A stretch of 63,139 nucleotides of DNA from Octopus sinensis (lineage: Eukaryota): positions 1 to 63,139 of the forward strand of contig NW_021832001.1 of assembly GCF_006345805.1 (NCBI RefSeq). Reading direction: 5' to 3'. A program made the translations under genes and the position numbers. Positions within the stretch are counted from its first letter, which is position 1; each line of letters opens with the position of its first letter. Of the stretch, positions 1-13,370 are shown piece by piece. The notes below the pieces were generated by a model. That model was not told the origin of the DNA. It searched no databases and worked only from the letters and a program-made list of their open reading frames with translations.

Positions 1-271
1 ATACTTCTTCTGTCTTCTGCTAAGATGGGAAATTTGATGTAAGAGTGTAATTATTTTTGTTGTTTTAAAGCCCCAGGTTAGCCCCGATAGAGAGTGTTTA
101 TCATTACCTGGTCAAATTTATCCAAATCTTTAGAGAGATGACTGAGATATGGAGAGTGAGATGGAAATTAGCTGTTATTAAGAAACATCTGATAAGGGAA
201 TCGTGAACACAATTCTCTTAAAATTAAGTGAACAGGTTCCCTCATTAGTCGTTTAGCTTTAAGTCTTTTCT

Positions 272-274
<3 letters not shown>

Positions 275-327
<53 letters not shown>

Positions 328-408
328 AATCCAAACGGGAAACAAAAAAACAACAACAATGGAACAATTACAGTATTATTCTTAATAGGCGCTCAGGAAA
401 GGAAGCAG

Positions 409-475
<67 letters not shown>

Positions 476-730
476 TATATATATGCATATATATATACAT
501 AAATTATAAATAAGGATAATATCGATATTCAAATATCGATATTATCAAGTGGCCAGCATGGGAAAAATACCGTACAATGGTAATAATTTTTTTACACTAA
601 AATAAGGGTGTCTTAGAGACACCACCATGCCGAATAGAGTCAAAACCCTGACTTTAAAAACCACGTTAAATGTCAGTGTTTTGACTGCTATTTCGGCATG
701 GTGGTGTCTCTCAGAACACCTTATTTTTAG

Positions 731-807
<77 letters not shown>

Positions 808-1075
808 TATATGTATTATATATATTATATATATAATATATATATATAATGTGTATATATATAATGCATATATATATATGCATATATATATATATGCATA
901 TATATATATATATATATTATATATATCTATATATATGTATATATATATATATATATATATTTATGTATATATAATATTTTATATAATACATATTATTTAT
1001 ATATATATATATTATAATATAGTATGTATGTGCATGTATGAATCTATGCATGTATGTATGTATGTATGTATTGTC
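275..1075. repeat. (TA)n-dominated microsatellite block with short embedded inserts
   Basis: Long TA runs are directly visible; they produce the spurious YIYI ORFs. Confidence 0.95.
597..730. repeat. Imperfect fold-back palindrome inside a TA-flanked insert
   Basis: gagacaccaccatgccgaatagagtcaaaac is matched by its near reverse complement gttttgactgctatttcggcatggtggtgtctc; arms ~60 bp. Confidence 0.85.
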
Positions 1076-1703
1076 AAATAGATTTGAGGTTATTTTTGTC
1101 TAGATATGGAAATTCCCCTTTCTTTTCCTTCTATGAAGAAGTTATAAAAAAAAAGTAGAATAATGTTAGAAATCGAGATCAGAAGAACATCAAAAACACA
1201 TAATTTACCAAAAAAACCCCCCCAAAAAAACCCCCCAGTTTTTATTTGAAAGGAAAAACCATGTGTTACAAATAAACGAATTCAGAGACAGATAGAGGAG
1301 TGGGGTGAGGGTGAGGAAATTTGATTCTATAACTTACATGTGTGTGTGTGTGTGTGTGTGTAAACATGTATTTGTATACTTATAGAATAATACATTTGCA
1401 CAAGTATGTATATTTATACACACACACACAAACATATACACGTATTTATATAAATACCTTTGTATATATATGCATACACATATACATATTATACATACAT
1501 ATACATTTATATATATGTATATATGTCCGTGTTTTTTTGTGTCTTCTTCTAAATGTTTCACGTTCTTGTCCCAGTTTGTATATATTTTTTTTTATTTTTA
1601 CACATATATAATATATATAATACAACTTATTCGTATGTGTGTATATATATATATATATATACACATTTATATAATACACACATGCACACGAATATATATA
1701 TAT

Positions 1704-1742
<39 letters not shown>

Positions 1743-2991
1743 TCACTTTCGCTTGTCTCAATGTTATACATGCGCACATACGTATATATGTACATATGCT
1801 CGCGCAAACACACACACACATATAATATAATATATATATATATATATAGTATGTATATATATATAATATATATAAAACGTATGTAAGATATATATATAAC
1901 TATGTTATATATATATATATATATATATATAATAACGTTGTATATATATATATAAAAAACGTATGTATATATATATAACGTAATGTATATGTTATATTAT
2001 ATAATATAATATATATTAATATAACATATATACCCAGGCATATATTGGTGTATGTGGGGATTGTTGGTGTTATTTTAGGGATTAGAACGACATTAATTAT
2101 CTTGCTGAGTTTTTTTTTTTTACAGACTGCAAAATAAGGAATTAAAAATATATCTTTCTTTTACATGAATATGATAAAAGTACATTCGTTTAACCATTCT
2201 TTCGATTGTTTTATTTTATATATTCTTCCTCTTTTGTTCTGTTATTTTATGTATCTATTTATTTATTTATATTAGAAATATAAAAATATAACAGATAGAT
2301 TACTTGATAAAATTCTTCAGATAAATAAATGTAAACGGGGGGGGGGGGAAGAAAATGAATAAAAAAATAAATAGAAAAAGAATATGCAAAATTGAAATAG
2401 GACACTCTTCTGCTTTACATCAAAAGTCAACACACGCACACACAAATATATGCATATAAATATGTATGTATATATATATATGTGTGTGTGTACATTTATC
2501 CATATACATATATGTATGTTTATATATTTATATACATGTGTGTGTACGTGTGTGTGTGTTGTGTGTGATGATAAATCACGGATAAAAAAACGTATCAACT
2601 AGAAAAAGACAAATTGGATGTATGCGTTTAGGTAGCATAAATAAATATATGAATCGATATAATTGCACTTACACAAGCACATATTGCATATGTGCAGCAC
2701 ACATACATATTCTTAGTTGCACACTCATCTCTGTATATATTTAGCAAAAACCAGTGTTTCAATACAAGAGACTGGTAGATAATAGCAATGTGTGGACGGT
2801 TTAGATCGAAAATGAAACAGAACGAAACCGACAACTGTTTAGTTTAAGTTTACAAAATGTATACAACTTGTAAAGTATCACATACACACATATCTATAAT
2901 ACATACATTTTACGTCTATATCTATGCTAATTTAGTTATCTTTCTCTGTCCACTATATAATATATATATATTATATAATATATATATATCT

Positions 2992-3024
<33 letters not shown>

Positions 3025-3341
3025 CATATGTATATACATATATATATACATATATATATATACATATATAAGTATATATATATATTCATATATAAACATA
3101 AATATACATATATATACACATATATATATATGTATATATGTATATATATAGACATATATATGTATACATATATGTATATATATACATATATATGTATATA
3201 TATACATATATATGTATATATATATATGTATATGCATATATATATGTATATACATATATATACATATATATATATATATAATAATAGAAATATTAAAATT
3301 ACTAAGTCTCTCTAAAAGAGAACAACGCAGCGTTCCCGGAA

Positions 3342-3564
3342 AATAATAGTTATCGCCATACTAATATGGCATTCTTATAAAAATAAGAATAAAGCTGTCG
3401 CTTATTAGCTCCATGAGGCCATCGCCTTAAGTTAGCTATTTGATATGGATACACAGTTTGGTATAATAGCTAACTTAAGGCGATGGCCTCATGGAGCTAT
3501 AAGCGGACAGCTTTATTCTATATTTTTATAAGAATGCCATATTAGTATGGCGATAACTATTATT
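3342..3564. repeat. Fold-back palindrome (~100-bp arms) between TA tracts
   Basis: 3342-3440 is a near-exact reverse complement of 3465-3564. Confidence 0.9.
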
Positions 3565-4369
3565 ATACATATAATATTATATATATACATATATATATAC
3601 CATATATATACATATGTATATATACATATATATATATACATATATATGTGCTTGTGTATGTATGTATATGTGCGTGTGTATTTATAATATGTATATATAT
3701 ATATAATATATATATATTTATATTATGAAAACAGCCGAATATGATTGAGTATTTTGCCCTTAGAAAATGGAAAGATTTGCCGAAAGGCAGCTACGGAGAA
3801 TCGAACCATATACCTGTCAGGTACGAAGTGCAGGTGTGCATTGGTAAACGCGTTAAACACAAGCAAATAAAAAAAATGCACTTGGTACATGAACTACTGT
3901 TTGTATCTTTTTCAGAAGGTATTTCTTCTTGAATTGCTACTCTAAGTTTCACGATGACCGAGTTTCACGATGAAATATTATATTCCAGTGAATGTAGAAG
4001 AGAAGCTGTGTGACAATGTAAAAGCAAAATTATTCGTAAGCACATCGACATATGCTTAATCACCGGAATTTGATCGATTATGTCTCAGTAACAAAAAAAG
4101 GGGGCCAAGAAAATACCTCAGATTCATGTATCGAAGTATGATAATCAGAGCATATTGAGAATTCATATATTCGCATGCAAAATATTGTGATATTTTCGTG
4201 TTTTATATGTAAATTATAGAAAAAAAAAGGAAAATTGATACTGTTGATGTATTTTTATTGTTGAATGAAAACTGATTTTTTAAAAATATGTAACATTATT
4301 TTGTAGTGTAAGAAAATCATAAACTATTTTCGCCAATTTGTATTAGAAATTTCTCAATAAATATTGGTT

Positions 4370-4570
4370 TCAAATTTTGGCAGTAATTTTGTGGGAGGGG
4401 ATAAGTCGATTATATCGACCCAGTACACGGCTGGTACTTATTTTATCGACTCCTAAAAATTGAAAGACAAAATCGACCTTGGCGGTATTCGAACCCAGAA
4501 CGTAAAGACGGACGAGATGTTGCTAAGCATTTTACCCGGCGTTCTAACGATTCAGCCAGCACCGCCTTGA
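4370..4570 (-). mobile_element. Diverged SINE family C copy
   Basis: Degenerate match to the family C core (ctggtacttattttatcgac...aaatcgaccttggcgg...gaacccag). Further old copies lie at ~5410-5845, 8450-8600, 12100-12310, 12690-12860 and 33705-34285. Confidence 0.75.
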
Positions 4571-5886
4571 AGTTGCTCTAAATACTGATAGAAATATTCT
4601 GACGAATTCATCACGGCACTTTTGTTCAGTGTTGCGGCACATTATGACATAATAGTTTACTTTTCAGAGAGGCAAAGACTACATCTTATGAAGCAATTAT
4701 TATAGTCGGTTTAATATAGATGAATCAATATAAAAACCAATCAGCTTTATATTTTTTTATATTAGCATCCTTTAAATAATGTATATACTGTTATGGAAGC
4801 GACTGGGTTTTTGGTGCCATTGTTGCTAGCCTTGGCGGTAATTCTGTTAAATGTTATATATCAATCGTCTATGGGGAAATATTTCTTTGCAAGGTTTGGG
4901 AAAGTACCGGTAATATTGAAAAGAACGTTTAAAGTAAATGAAGAATTATACAATACAATATTTCGTTTCTATCTGTTGGAGGTCTCTCAGTATTTGTACT
5001 GTTTTTATATATCACATTTCCTACATTTGAAGCTACTGTTTTTAATGCATCAACGTAACAATGATTTAATGCATCACTGTAACGATGTATGATTAAAGAA
5101 TTCTTCGTCAAATGATAAACTGGATACGTTCTTACATATAATATCAGTTGCCCAAGGGTTTTTGAGAGAGAAAGTTAAAATGAATATTAATATAATGCAA
5201 CTTGTCGTCAGGTTTATCTTGAAGCAATGTTTACCAGTACATAAATATAGAGTGATATCTGAGAAATTAACTATACTTAGATTCGTATTATCGTCATTTT
5301 TAAATACGTAAAACTGTCCGAATATGTTAGCAAATTGTTTCTTAACAACATTGGGAAATCATTCACACCTTTCGCACTGACTAGAGCTTCATCATGGTTA
5401 AGACCTAATCGGTTATGTCGACCCCAAAGCTCAACTGGTACTTATTTCCATCCTTTGTGGGATAAAGGCAATGTTGATCTCGGTGAAATTTGAACTTAGG
5501 ATCTAAAGAGCCGGAAGAAATGCCAATAAGAATTTTGTCCCATGCTCTTACGATTCTGTAACTCACTGTCCTTAATATTAGCTGCTACTAATTTGGGCCC
5601 AAAACCATTAATTTTGAGGCAAGAGGACTTTTCAATGACATCGATTCCAATTTATTTAGAGATGGAAGATTGGGGTTTGTCGAAACCTTCGATCCCGAAT
5701 TTGATTGGTCCCTTATTTTATCAACACCAAAAGAATGAAAGATGAAGGTGACCTCGGCGGGATTTGATCCCAGAACATAGATTTGGAAGAAATACTTCGA
5801 GGCATTTTGTGCGATGGTTTAACGATTATGTCAATCCGCCGCCTCTCAACTCTGTACTATTTGCATTTGAGAGTCCTTTGGGATGT

Positions 5887-6271
5887 GGGGGAAGCACTCC
5901 GTCGGTTACGACGATGAGGGTTCCGGTTGATCCGATCAACGGAACAGCCTGCTCGTCAAATTAACGTGTAAGTGGCTGAGCACTCCACAGACACGTGTAC
6001 CCTTAATGTAGTTCTCGGGGATATTCAGCGTGACCCAGAGAGTGACACGGCCGGCCCTTTGAAATACAGGTACAACAGAAACAGGAAGTAAGAGTGAGAG
6101 AAAGTTGTGGCGAAAGAGTACAGCAGGGATCACCACCATCCCCTGCCGGAGCCTCGTGGAGCTTTAGATATTTTCGCTCAATAAACACTCACAACGCCCG
6201 GTCTGGGAATCGAAACCGCGATCCTACGACCGCGAGTCCGCTGCCCTAACCACTGGGTCATTGCGCCTCCA
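5887..6271 (-). mobile_element. SINE family B (tRNA-derived, ~385 bp), full length
   Basis: On the minus strand: A box TGACCCAGTGG and B box GGTTTCGATTCC. ~12-bp TSD cct(t/a)gggatgt-like. Near-identical to six other copies. Confidence 0.92.
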
Positions 6272-6471
6272 CCCTTAGGGATGTATCAATAAAAGCTTTC
6301 GATTATGAAACATGCAGCTTCTTATCAGTATTTCCATTATTATTATTATCATCACTATTCCATACACTCCTCCTTCAGCTTCTTTTCATCGTCATCGCCA
6401 CCGGCCATCAGCCAACCAAACAATCCACTAGACAGAAATGATATTGTTTGTTCGAGTCTTTCGTTGTTTTA

Positions 6472-6857
6472 TCTTTATATATAAAAGTGAAGTTGTGTGT
6501 CTGTCTCCTACGATTTAGATTCCTAACTACTCCCACATTTTGCAGTGCAGTGTAACCAAAAGCGGGTATCTTATAGTCGCGATTCATATCGAGCCCTTCT
6601 GGGTATTAGCGCGCGTCTACGATTTAAAAAAAAATTTACCATCATTTTTTCCCATTTTGAATGCATTTTTTTAGCTATTATATAAGGGAAGTAACTCTCT
6701 AATAATGTATTATTAAATCTCAGAACGTAAAAAGCTACAGTAACACCCCCACTTTGTGGTTAGCCATATTGAGATGGCTATTATACTTTACATCTCTAAA
6801 AATGCTTATATAGTTATTTCCCTTACAAACCCGAGCAACGCCGGGCGATACTGCTAG
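6472..6857 (+). mobile_element. Non-autonomous Helitron
   Basis: A|TC 5' end, 3' GC hairpin cccgagcaacgccggg followed by CTAG|T, no TSD. A sister copy lies at 44086-44598. Confidence 0.85.
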
Positions 6858-7035
6858 TTTATTATATTGGGAAGATTTGAACAGGCAGAGGAAAGATGGA
6901 TATCGAATTTTGCACTCAGCCAAAGTCATAATGCCGATGGCAACATTCGAACTCACGACACCGACATCAATTGTTTAAATTACTTTAGCCACAAAGCCAT
7001 TTCGTCCCTGAGAGGGAGTAAATGAGAGAGAGAGG

Positions 7036-7085
<50 letters not shown>

Positions 7086-7483
7086 AGGGAGAGAGAGATT
7101 GTTATGAAGTAGCCATCATTGATAATAAAATACACAGACTGCTGGATATTTCAAGAGAAGAAGAAAACCAAACGTTATTTTCGTCTTTTATTTCCTGTTA
7201 AAAAGCGATGCGCTTTTTTTACTGCCTTAATTTACGCTGATTTGTCTCTTTTCCAAACATTAAAAGTAAATGAACACTTAAATAACAATAAAGTGTAAGT
7301 AAATGACCATGAATAATGGGTAATTGCATAATTTTCATCAAAATAGAAATAGATTGCCAGATATTTTTATTTCAAAAGGCGTATGGGCAGTACATTCCGG
7401 AGAAACGGTTGAGTGACGGATAAAACGCATTACAACGTTCAACGTTCAGCTCTGTAATTCTATAATTTCAATTCCAATCATAC

Positions 7484-8317
7484 CTATTTCTTTATTACCC
7501 ACAAGGGGACAAACAAGGACAGACATAGGATTAAGTCGATTACATCAACCCCAGTGCGTAACTGGTACTTATTTTATCGACCCCAAAAGGATGAAAGGCA
7601 AAGTCGACCTCGGCGGAATTTGAACTCACAACGTAACGCAGACGAAATACCTATTTCTTTATTACCCACAAGGGGCTAAACACAGAGGGGGACAAACAGG
7701 ACAGACATAGGTATTAAGTCGATTACATCGACCCCAGTGCGTAACTGGTACTTAATTCATCGACCCCGAAGGATGAAAGGCAAAGTCGACCTCGGCGGAA
7801 TTGAACTCACAACGTAACGCAGACGAAATACCTATTTCTATTTCTTTATTACCCACAAGGGGCTAAACCACAGAGGGGGAAAAAAAGGGACAAACATAGG
7901 TATTAAGTCGATTACATGACCCCAGTGCGTAACTGGCACTTAATTTATCGACCCCGAAAGGATGAAAGGCAAAGTCGACCTCAGCGGAATTTGAACTCAC
8001 AACGTAACGCAGACGAAATACCGCTAAGCATTTCGCCCGGCGTGCTAACGTTTCTGCCAGCTCGCCGCCTTATTTCAATCATACCTATTTCTTTATTACC
8101 CACAAGGGGCTAAACATAGAGGGGACAAACAAGGACAGACATAGGTATTAAGTCGATTACATCGACCCCAGTGCGTAACTGGTACTTAATTTATCGACCC
8201 CGAAAGGATGAAAGGCAAAGTCGACCTCGGCGGAATTTGAACTCACAACGTAACGGCAGACGAAATACCGCTAAGCATTTCGCCCAGCGTGCTAACGTTT
8301 CTGCCAGCTCGCCGCCT
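7484..8317 (-). mobile_element. SINE family C trimer plus monomer
   Basis: Four ~180-230-bp units; the target sequence caatcatacct occurs three times (~7475, ~8076, ~8323). Confidence 0.9.
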
Positions 8318-8720
8318 TATTTCAATCATACCTGGTTCATCTTTGCCTTTGAGAGTCCAAGAGTAGGGGAAATGTACAATACCGCTAGTACCGCAATGGA
8401 ATAAATTAACTACACTTCGCTCATAAACTGTGTGGCCTTGGAAAATAAGTATAATAACGAAAGCTGTAGATTGATAGAACCGCAGAACGTCATGCAGGAT
8501 GTTTTGAGCGTGGTGATAGCTCTACATTTCGAATTCAAATCTGGTTGAAGTCGAGTACTTTGATTGTCATCCTTTCGTGGATAATCAAAATAAGTGTCAT
8601 CGAAGTCGGTATAATCATGAAATAGCGATATCAAAGGAGTCAAATGTATCTAGGTTATTCGTATCATTTTTGTGAATCAAAAGCTATCAAAAATGTTCAG
8701 ACTGACATATAGTTTTGTTT

Positions 8721-8940
<220 letters not shown>

Positions 8941-9480
8941 AAGTGACATCGTAAATATCATAACCGACAACTCTCTGATCAGTGTCAAACGTGCACAGCT
9001 AACAACTAATACGAACGGGGAAACAGCAACTGTTGTGTTCTAACCACCCTATGATCGCGATCAGAGTATACTGAGATACAAAACGGAAGTGGACACAAGA
9101 AGTAAAACGTAAATAGCTCAGATTGCTAACAGCATCTGGAAAAACCGTGTCGCTATTTAAGTGCACAGTATAGTCCTTAAGTGGAAGAATAGAGAACCTT
9201 AAACTATAGATCAGTAGAGTCAACTGACAACTTGCAAATCAGATGTCAGATCGATTTGTCCTAGATTTAAGTGACAGCAATAACAAAAATTTTGGTGTAT
9301 CAGATTTGTTTTGCCTCTTTGTACCAGAAATTGATGAAGGTAAACCAAGTGATTTCGAAGCAAAATGATATTAGGTATGTTTTGAAATGTACCCAGATCT
9401 GAAGCCAATATATACTTTGTGCGAAATACAGTTCTTTCCGTGTATTATTATTGTTACCGACTGAGCACTGCAATGTGTAT

Positions 9481-9694
9481 ACTCTTTTACTCTTTTACTT
9501 GTTTCAGTCATTTGACTGCGGCCATGCTGGAGCACCGACTTTTAGTCGAGCAAATCGATCCCGGGACTTATTCTTTTTGTAAGCCCAGTACTTATTCTAT
9601 CGGTCTCTTTTTGCCGAACCGCTAAGTGACGGGGACGTAAACACACCAGCATCGGTTGTCAAGCAATGCTAGGGGGACAAACACAGACACACAA

Positions 9695-9735
<41 letters not shown>

Positions 9736-9863
9736 CATATATACGACAGGCTTCTTTCAGTTTCCGTCTACCAAGTCCACCCACAAGGCATTGGTCGGCC
9801 CGGGGCTATAGCAGAAGACACTTGCCCAAGGTGCCACGCAGTGGGACTGAATCCGGAGCCATG
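9481..9863 (-). mobile_element. SINE family A (tRNA head, internal TA/CA microsatellite, LINE-like tail), slightly 5'-truncated
   Basis: Matches the copies at 12961 and 41172; tail ...gactgaaacaagtaaaagagtaaaagagt. Confidence 0.9.
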
Positions 9864-10240
9864 CGGTTTTTTTTTATACGAATATATAAATTTAAATGTG
9901 AGAAAAAATGAAAGGATAAATTTTCTATTTTCCAAATGCAAGAGAAACTTTTGAGTAAGATATTCTTTAGTCCAATTCAGCATTACATTTTGACTTATTT
10001 ATTTAGAGAAAGGACAGTTTCAATGGCCCCTAATCAGGGTCATCGAGTTTGGTGCGAGGAAGGGAAGTAGTTTTACTCAGATCACAAACCTAACCCGAGT
10101 ACTTGCAATACAATGAGCTCCACTAAAACTCCCAAGAGTCGAGTGGTAAATGTCAAACTCAACAATGGATTAAATCTAACCACCTTCCAAAGACCGTTGA
10201 CCAAATTTCATTCACAAGACTTTGGTCGACTCAAGACTAT

Positions 10241-10628
10241 GGAATGGAAGCACTCCGTCGGTTACGACGACGAGGGTTCCGGTTGATCCGAATCAACGGA
10301 ACAGCCTGCTCGTGAAATTAACGTGTAAGTGGCTGAGCACTCCACAGACACGTGTACCCTTAACGTAGTTCTCGGGGATATTCAGCGTGACACAGAGAGT
10401 GACAAGGCTGGCCCTTTGAAATACAGGTACAACAGAAACAGGAAGTAAGAGTGAGAGAAAGTTGTGGTGAAAGAGTACAGCAGGGATCACCACCATCCCT
10501 GCCGGAGCCTCGTGGAGCTTTAGGTGTTTTCGCTCAATAAACACTCACAACGCCCTGTCTGGGAATCGAAACCGCGATCCTATGACCGCGAGTCCGCTGC
10601 CCTAACCACTGGGCCATTGCGCCTCCAC
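10241..10628 (-). mobile_element. SINE family B, full length
   Basis: Exact 12-bp TSD actcaagactat (10229-10240 and 10629-10640); inserted into an old family A fragment. Confidence 0.93.
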
Positions 10629-11244
10629 ACTCAAGACTATACCGTGCATAGGGACTGAAACCTTAGATTGAAGAAATCTATGATGAAAGATATCCTACCT
10701 GTAATCTTCGCAACGTGTTGTACATCTAGGATTACTTTGTCCAACATTTACTTAATATAAAAATATTAATATCAATATTAAATGGTTGGATGAGATGTGA
10801 GGGAATTAGGCTGCTGTCTCAAACAGATCGACAAACAGCATAGAAGATTCCTCCAAGTTATTTGTGTTGCTTATTTAATGGTGTTCTTCGAACACTTAAC
10901 GGCGATTTGCTATGATCGGAGACTTTTATATTATCACCATCCCCAATTCATCCCTGGCCGTAAAGCCTATGCCAAAATGTATTCAAACCATCAGCAACGA
11001 TAGACAGTTGATATTTGTTTTAACACAATTGCTAATATATTATAATTATATATATATATTATATATATTATAATTATAATTATTATATAATTATATAATT
11101 GCTAATTATTATATAAGTTATTTCTAACGCTCGGTTGTCTCAGAAAATAACGTAGTCTTAGATATAATAACCCAGGAAAAGAGATGGGATGGTCACGGAT
11201 AAAATATTTTTGATAATTTTTTTTTCTCATATTGTTAATATACA

Positions 11245-11313
11245 TTTTATTTTATTTTATTTTATTTTATCTAGTTTCAGCTCACGAGCTGTGGCCATGC
11301 TGGGGCACCGCCA
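11245..11313 (-). mobile_element. Extremely 5'-truncated 3' end of the CR1-type LINE with (TAAAA)n tail
   Basis: Reverse complement reads ggcggtgccccagcatggccacagctcgtgagctgaaact, matching the LINE end at 20273-20312. Confidence 0.85.
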
Positions 11314-11422
11314 TACAAGAACTTTAAGAACTTTATAGTTTGAGGGATATTTGAATATTTGATTGCTATTTTTGACTGAGCAAACAAGAAAAGGCTAAAC
11401 TCGCTGAATAGTATTAGTTGTA

Positions 11423-11453
<31 letters not shown>

Positions 11454-12337
11454 ATGGGGATGATGGTGGTGGTGTTTTGTCAATACTTTTGTGATTACCT
11501 TCGATTGAAGGAACGATGTCCTGCTAGTTGCTGGAATTTCAAAAGTAAAGACAGTAGTAGTAGTAGTAGTAGTAGTAGCAGTAGTGGTAGTAGTAGCTGC
11601 TGCTGTGTGTTGTTGTGTATATATTTTGTAGTAGCTGTTGTTGTCTTTGAAAACTAAGAAAAAAGGAATAATTCTATGCTTGTTATGTAGTTATTGTTGT
11701 TGCTGTTGTTGTTGTTGTTAAAACTATGTTATTGTTGTAGATCGTTTGTCATACTTCTAATGTTCCCGTTAGGGGGCAACATGGAGTAGGGGTGTAGTTT
11801 ACCAGATCAAAACAATGCTACCTTACGCAGTGTTTTTATTTTTATTACTATCCTTATTATTATTATTATTCTTTCTATTACTTTTAGGGATGCTTTTCTT
11901 TCTTTTTAGTTCATAACCAAAGTATTCTATGATGTAAAATAATCTCACTCCCTACAAACAAAAAAGGAAACAATTTGACGCGGGGTTATTTCTTTTAAAA
12001 TTTTGCATTCAACCTTCTACCTCTATTAAACTTTTCAAAATTAAAATATCGATTATTTTGTTTGCCTACATTTTTTTGTTCTATAACAACGATAATCCTT
12101 TTTTCATTTTGGCACAAGGCCAGCAATATTGAGGGAAGAGGGAAGTCGATAACAGCGACCCCAGAGCTCAACTGGTACATATTTTATCGACCCCCGAAAG
12201 GATGAAAGGCAAAGTTGACATCGGGGGCATTTGAACCTGGAACGTCATGTGTCGGAAGAAATATTTCTAGGTATTTTGTCAGACGTTCTAACGGTCTTGG
12301 CAGCTCACCGTTTTAATAATAATTATAATGATAATAA

Positions 12338-12632
12338 GGAGGCGCAATGGCCTAGTGGTTAGGGCAGCGAACTCGCGGTCGTAGGATCGTGGTTTCGATT
12401 CCCAGACCGGGCGTTGTGTGTGTTTATTGAGCGAAAACACCTTAAAGCTCCACGAGGCTCTGGCAGGAGGTGGTGATCCCTGCTGTACTCTTTCACCACT
12501 CTTTCTCTCACTCTTTCTTCTGTTGGCCTGCTCGCTTAGCCAGCGGGGTGGCGTCATTCGAAGGCTAAAACAATGCGAACGCATTGTGACCAGCGATGTG
12601 TAGCAACATCTGATGGTCTGGTCGGTCATGTG
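12338..12632 (+). mobile_element. SINE with family B head and body but a different 3' tail
   Basis: Follows family B up to ctttctctcactctt, then switches to an unrelated tail ending ggtcggtcatgtgat. Confidence 0.85.
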
Positions 12633-12656
12633 ATGGTGATGATGGTGATGATAATG

Positions 12657-12688
<32 letters not shown>

Positions 12689-12960
12689 CTTTTCTACTAT
12701 AGATGCAAGGTCTGTGATTCTGTGGGGGAGCTGGTCGATTACCTCGACCGAAGTACTCGACTGGTACTTATTTTATCGACCGAACTTGAAACAGAACATA
12801 AAGACGGACGAAATAACCCTTAGCATTTTGTCTGACGTGCTAATGATTCTGCCAGCTTGTAGCTTTGATAATCATAGTGGTAATAATAATAATAATAATA
12901 TAATAATATGATCCTTTCTTCTGCTCTCACTCAATAATAATAATAATAATAATAATAATA

Positions 12961-13350
12961 GGCGTAGGAGTGGCTGTGTGGTAAGTAGCTTGCTTACCAA
13001 CCACATGGTTCCGGGTTCAGTCCCACTGCGTGGCACCTTAGGCAAGTGTCTTCTACTGTAGCCACGGGCCGACCAAAGCCTTGTGAGTGGATTTGGTAGA
13101 CGGAAACTGAAAGAAGCCCGTCGTATATATGTATATATATATATATGTATGTGTTTGTGTTTGTACCCCCAACATCGCTTGACAACCGATGCTGGTGTGT
13201 TTACATCCCCGTAACTTAGCGGTTCGGCAAAAGAGACCGATAGAATAAGTACTAGGCTTACAAAGAATAAGTCCTGGGGTCGATTTGCTCGACTAAAAGG
13301 TGGTGCTCCAGCATGGCCACAGTCAAATGACTGAAACAAGCAAAAGAGTA
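12961..13350 (+). mobile_element. SINE family A, full length, in an (AAT)n tract
   Basis: A box TGGCTGTGTGG, B box GGTTCAGTCCC, CORE-like ttaggcaagtgtctt, internal TA run, family tail. Confidence 0.92.
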
Positions 13351-13370
13351 ATAATAATAATAATAATAAT

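Noticed and set aside
168-3315. Many YIYI/HTHT ORFs here and across the window
   Set aside because: They are translations of TA/CA microsatellites, which lack stop codons.
5936-6188. Recurrent ORFs MVVIPAVLFHHN and MFIERKHLKLHE
   Set aside because: They recur only because SINE-B copies are near-identical; indels shift the frames between copies.
7484-8317. SINE-C tandem units as hammerhead retrozymes
   Set aside because: No CUGANGA...GAAA core found on either strand of the unit.
12338-12410. tRNA-like sequences as tRNA genes (also at 32501, 35846, 38854, 42190)
   Set aside because: They lack a proper acceptor stem and run into SINE bodies.
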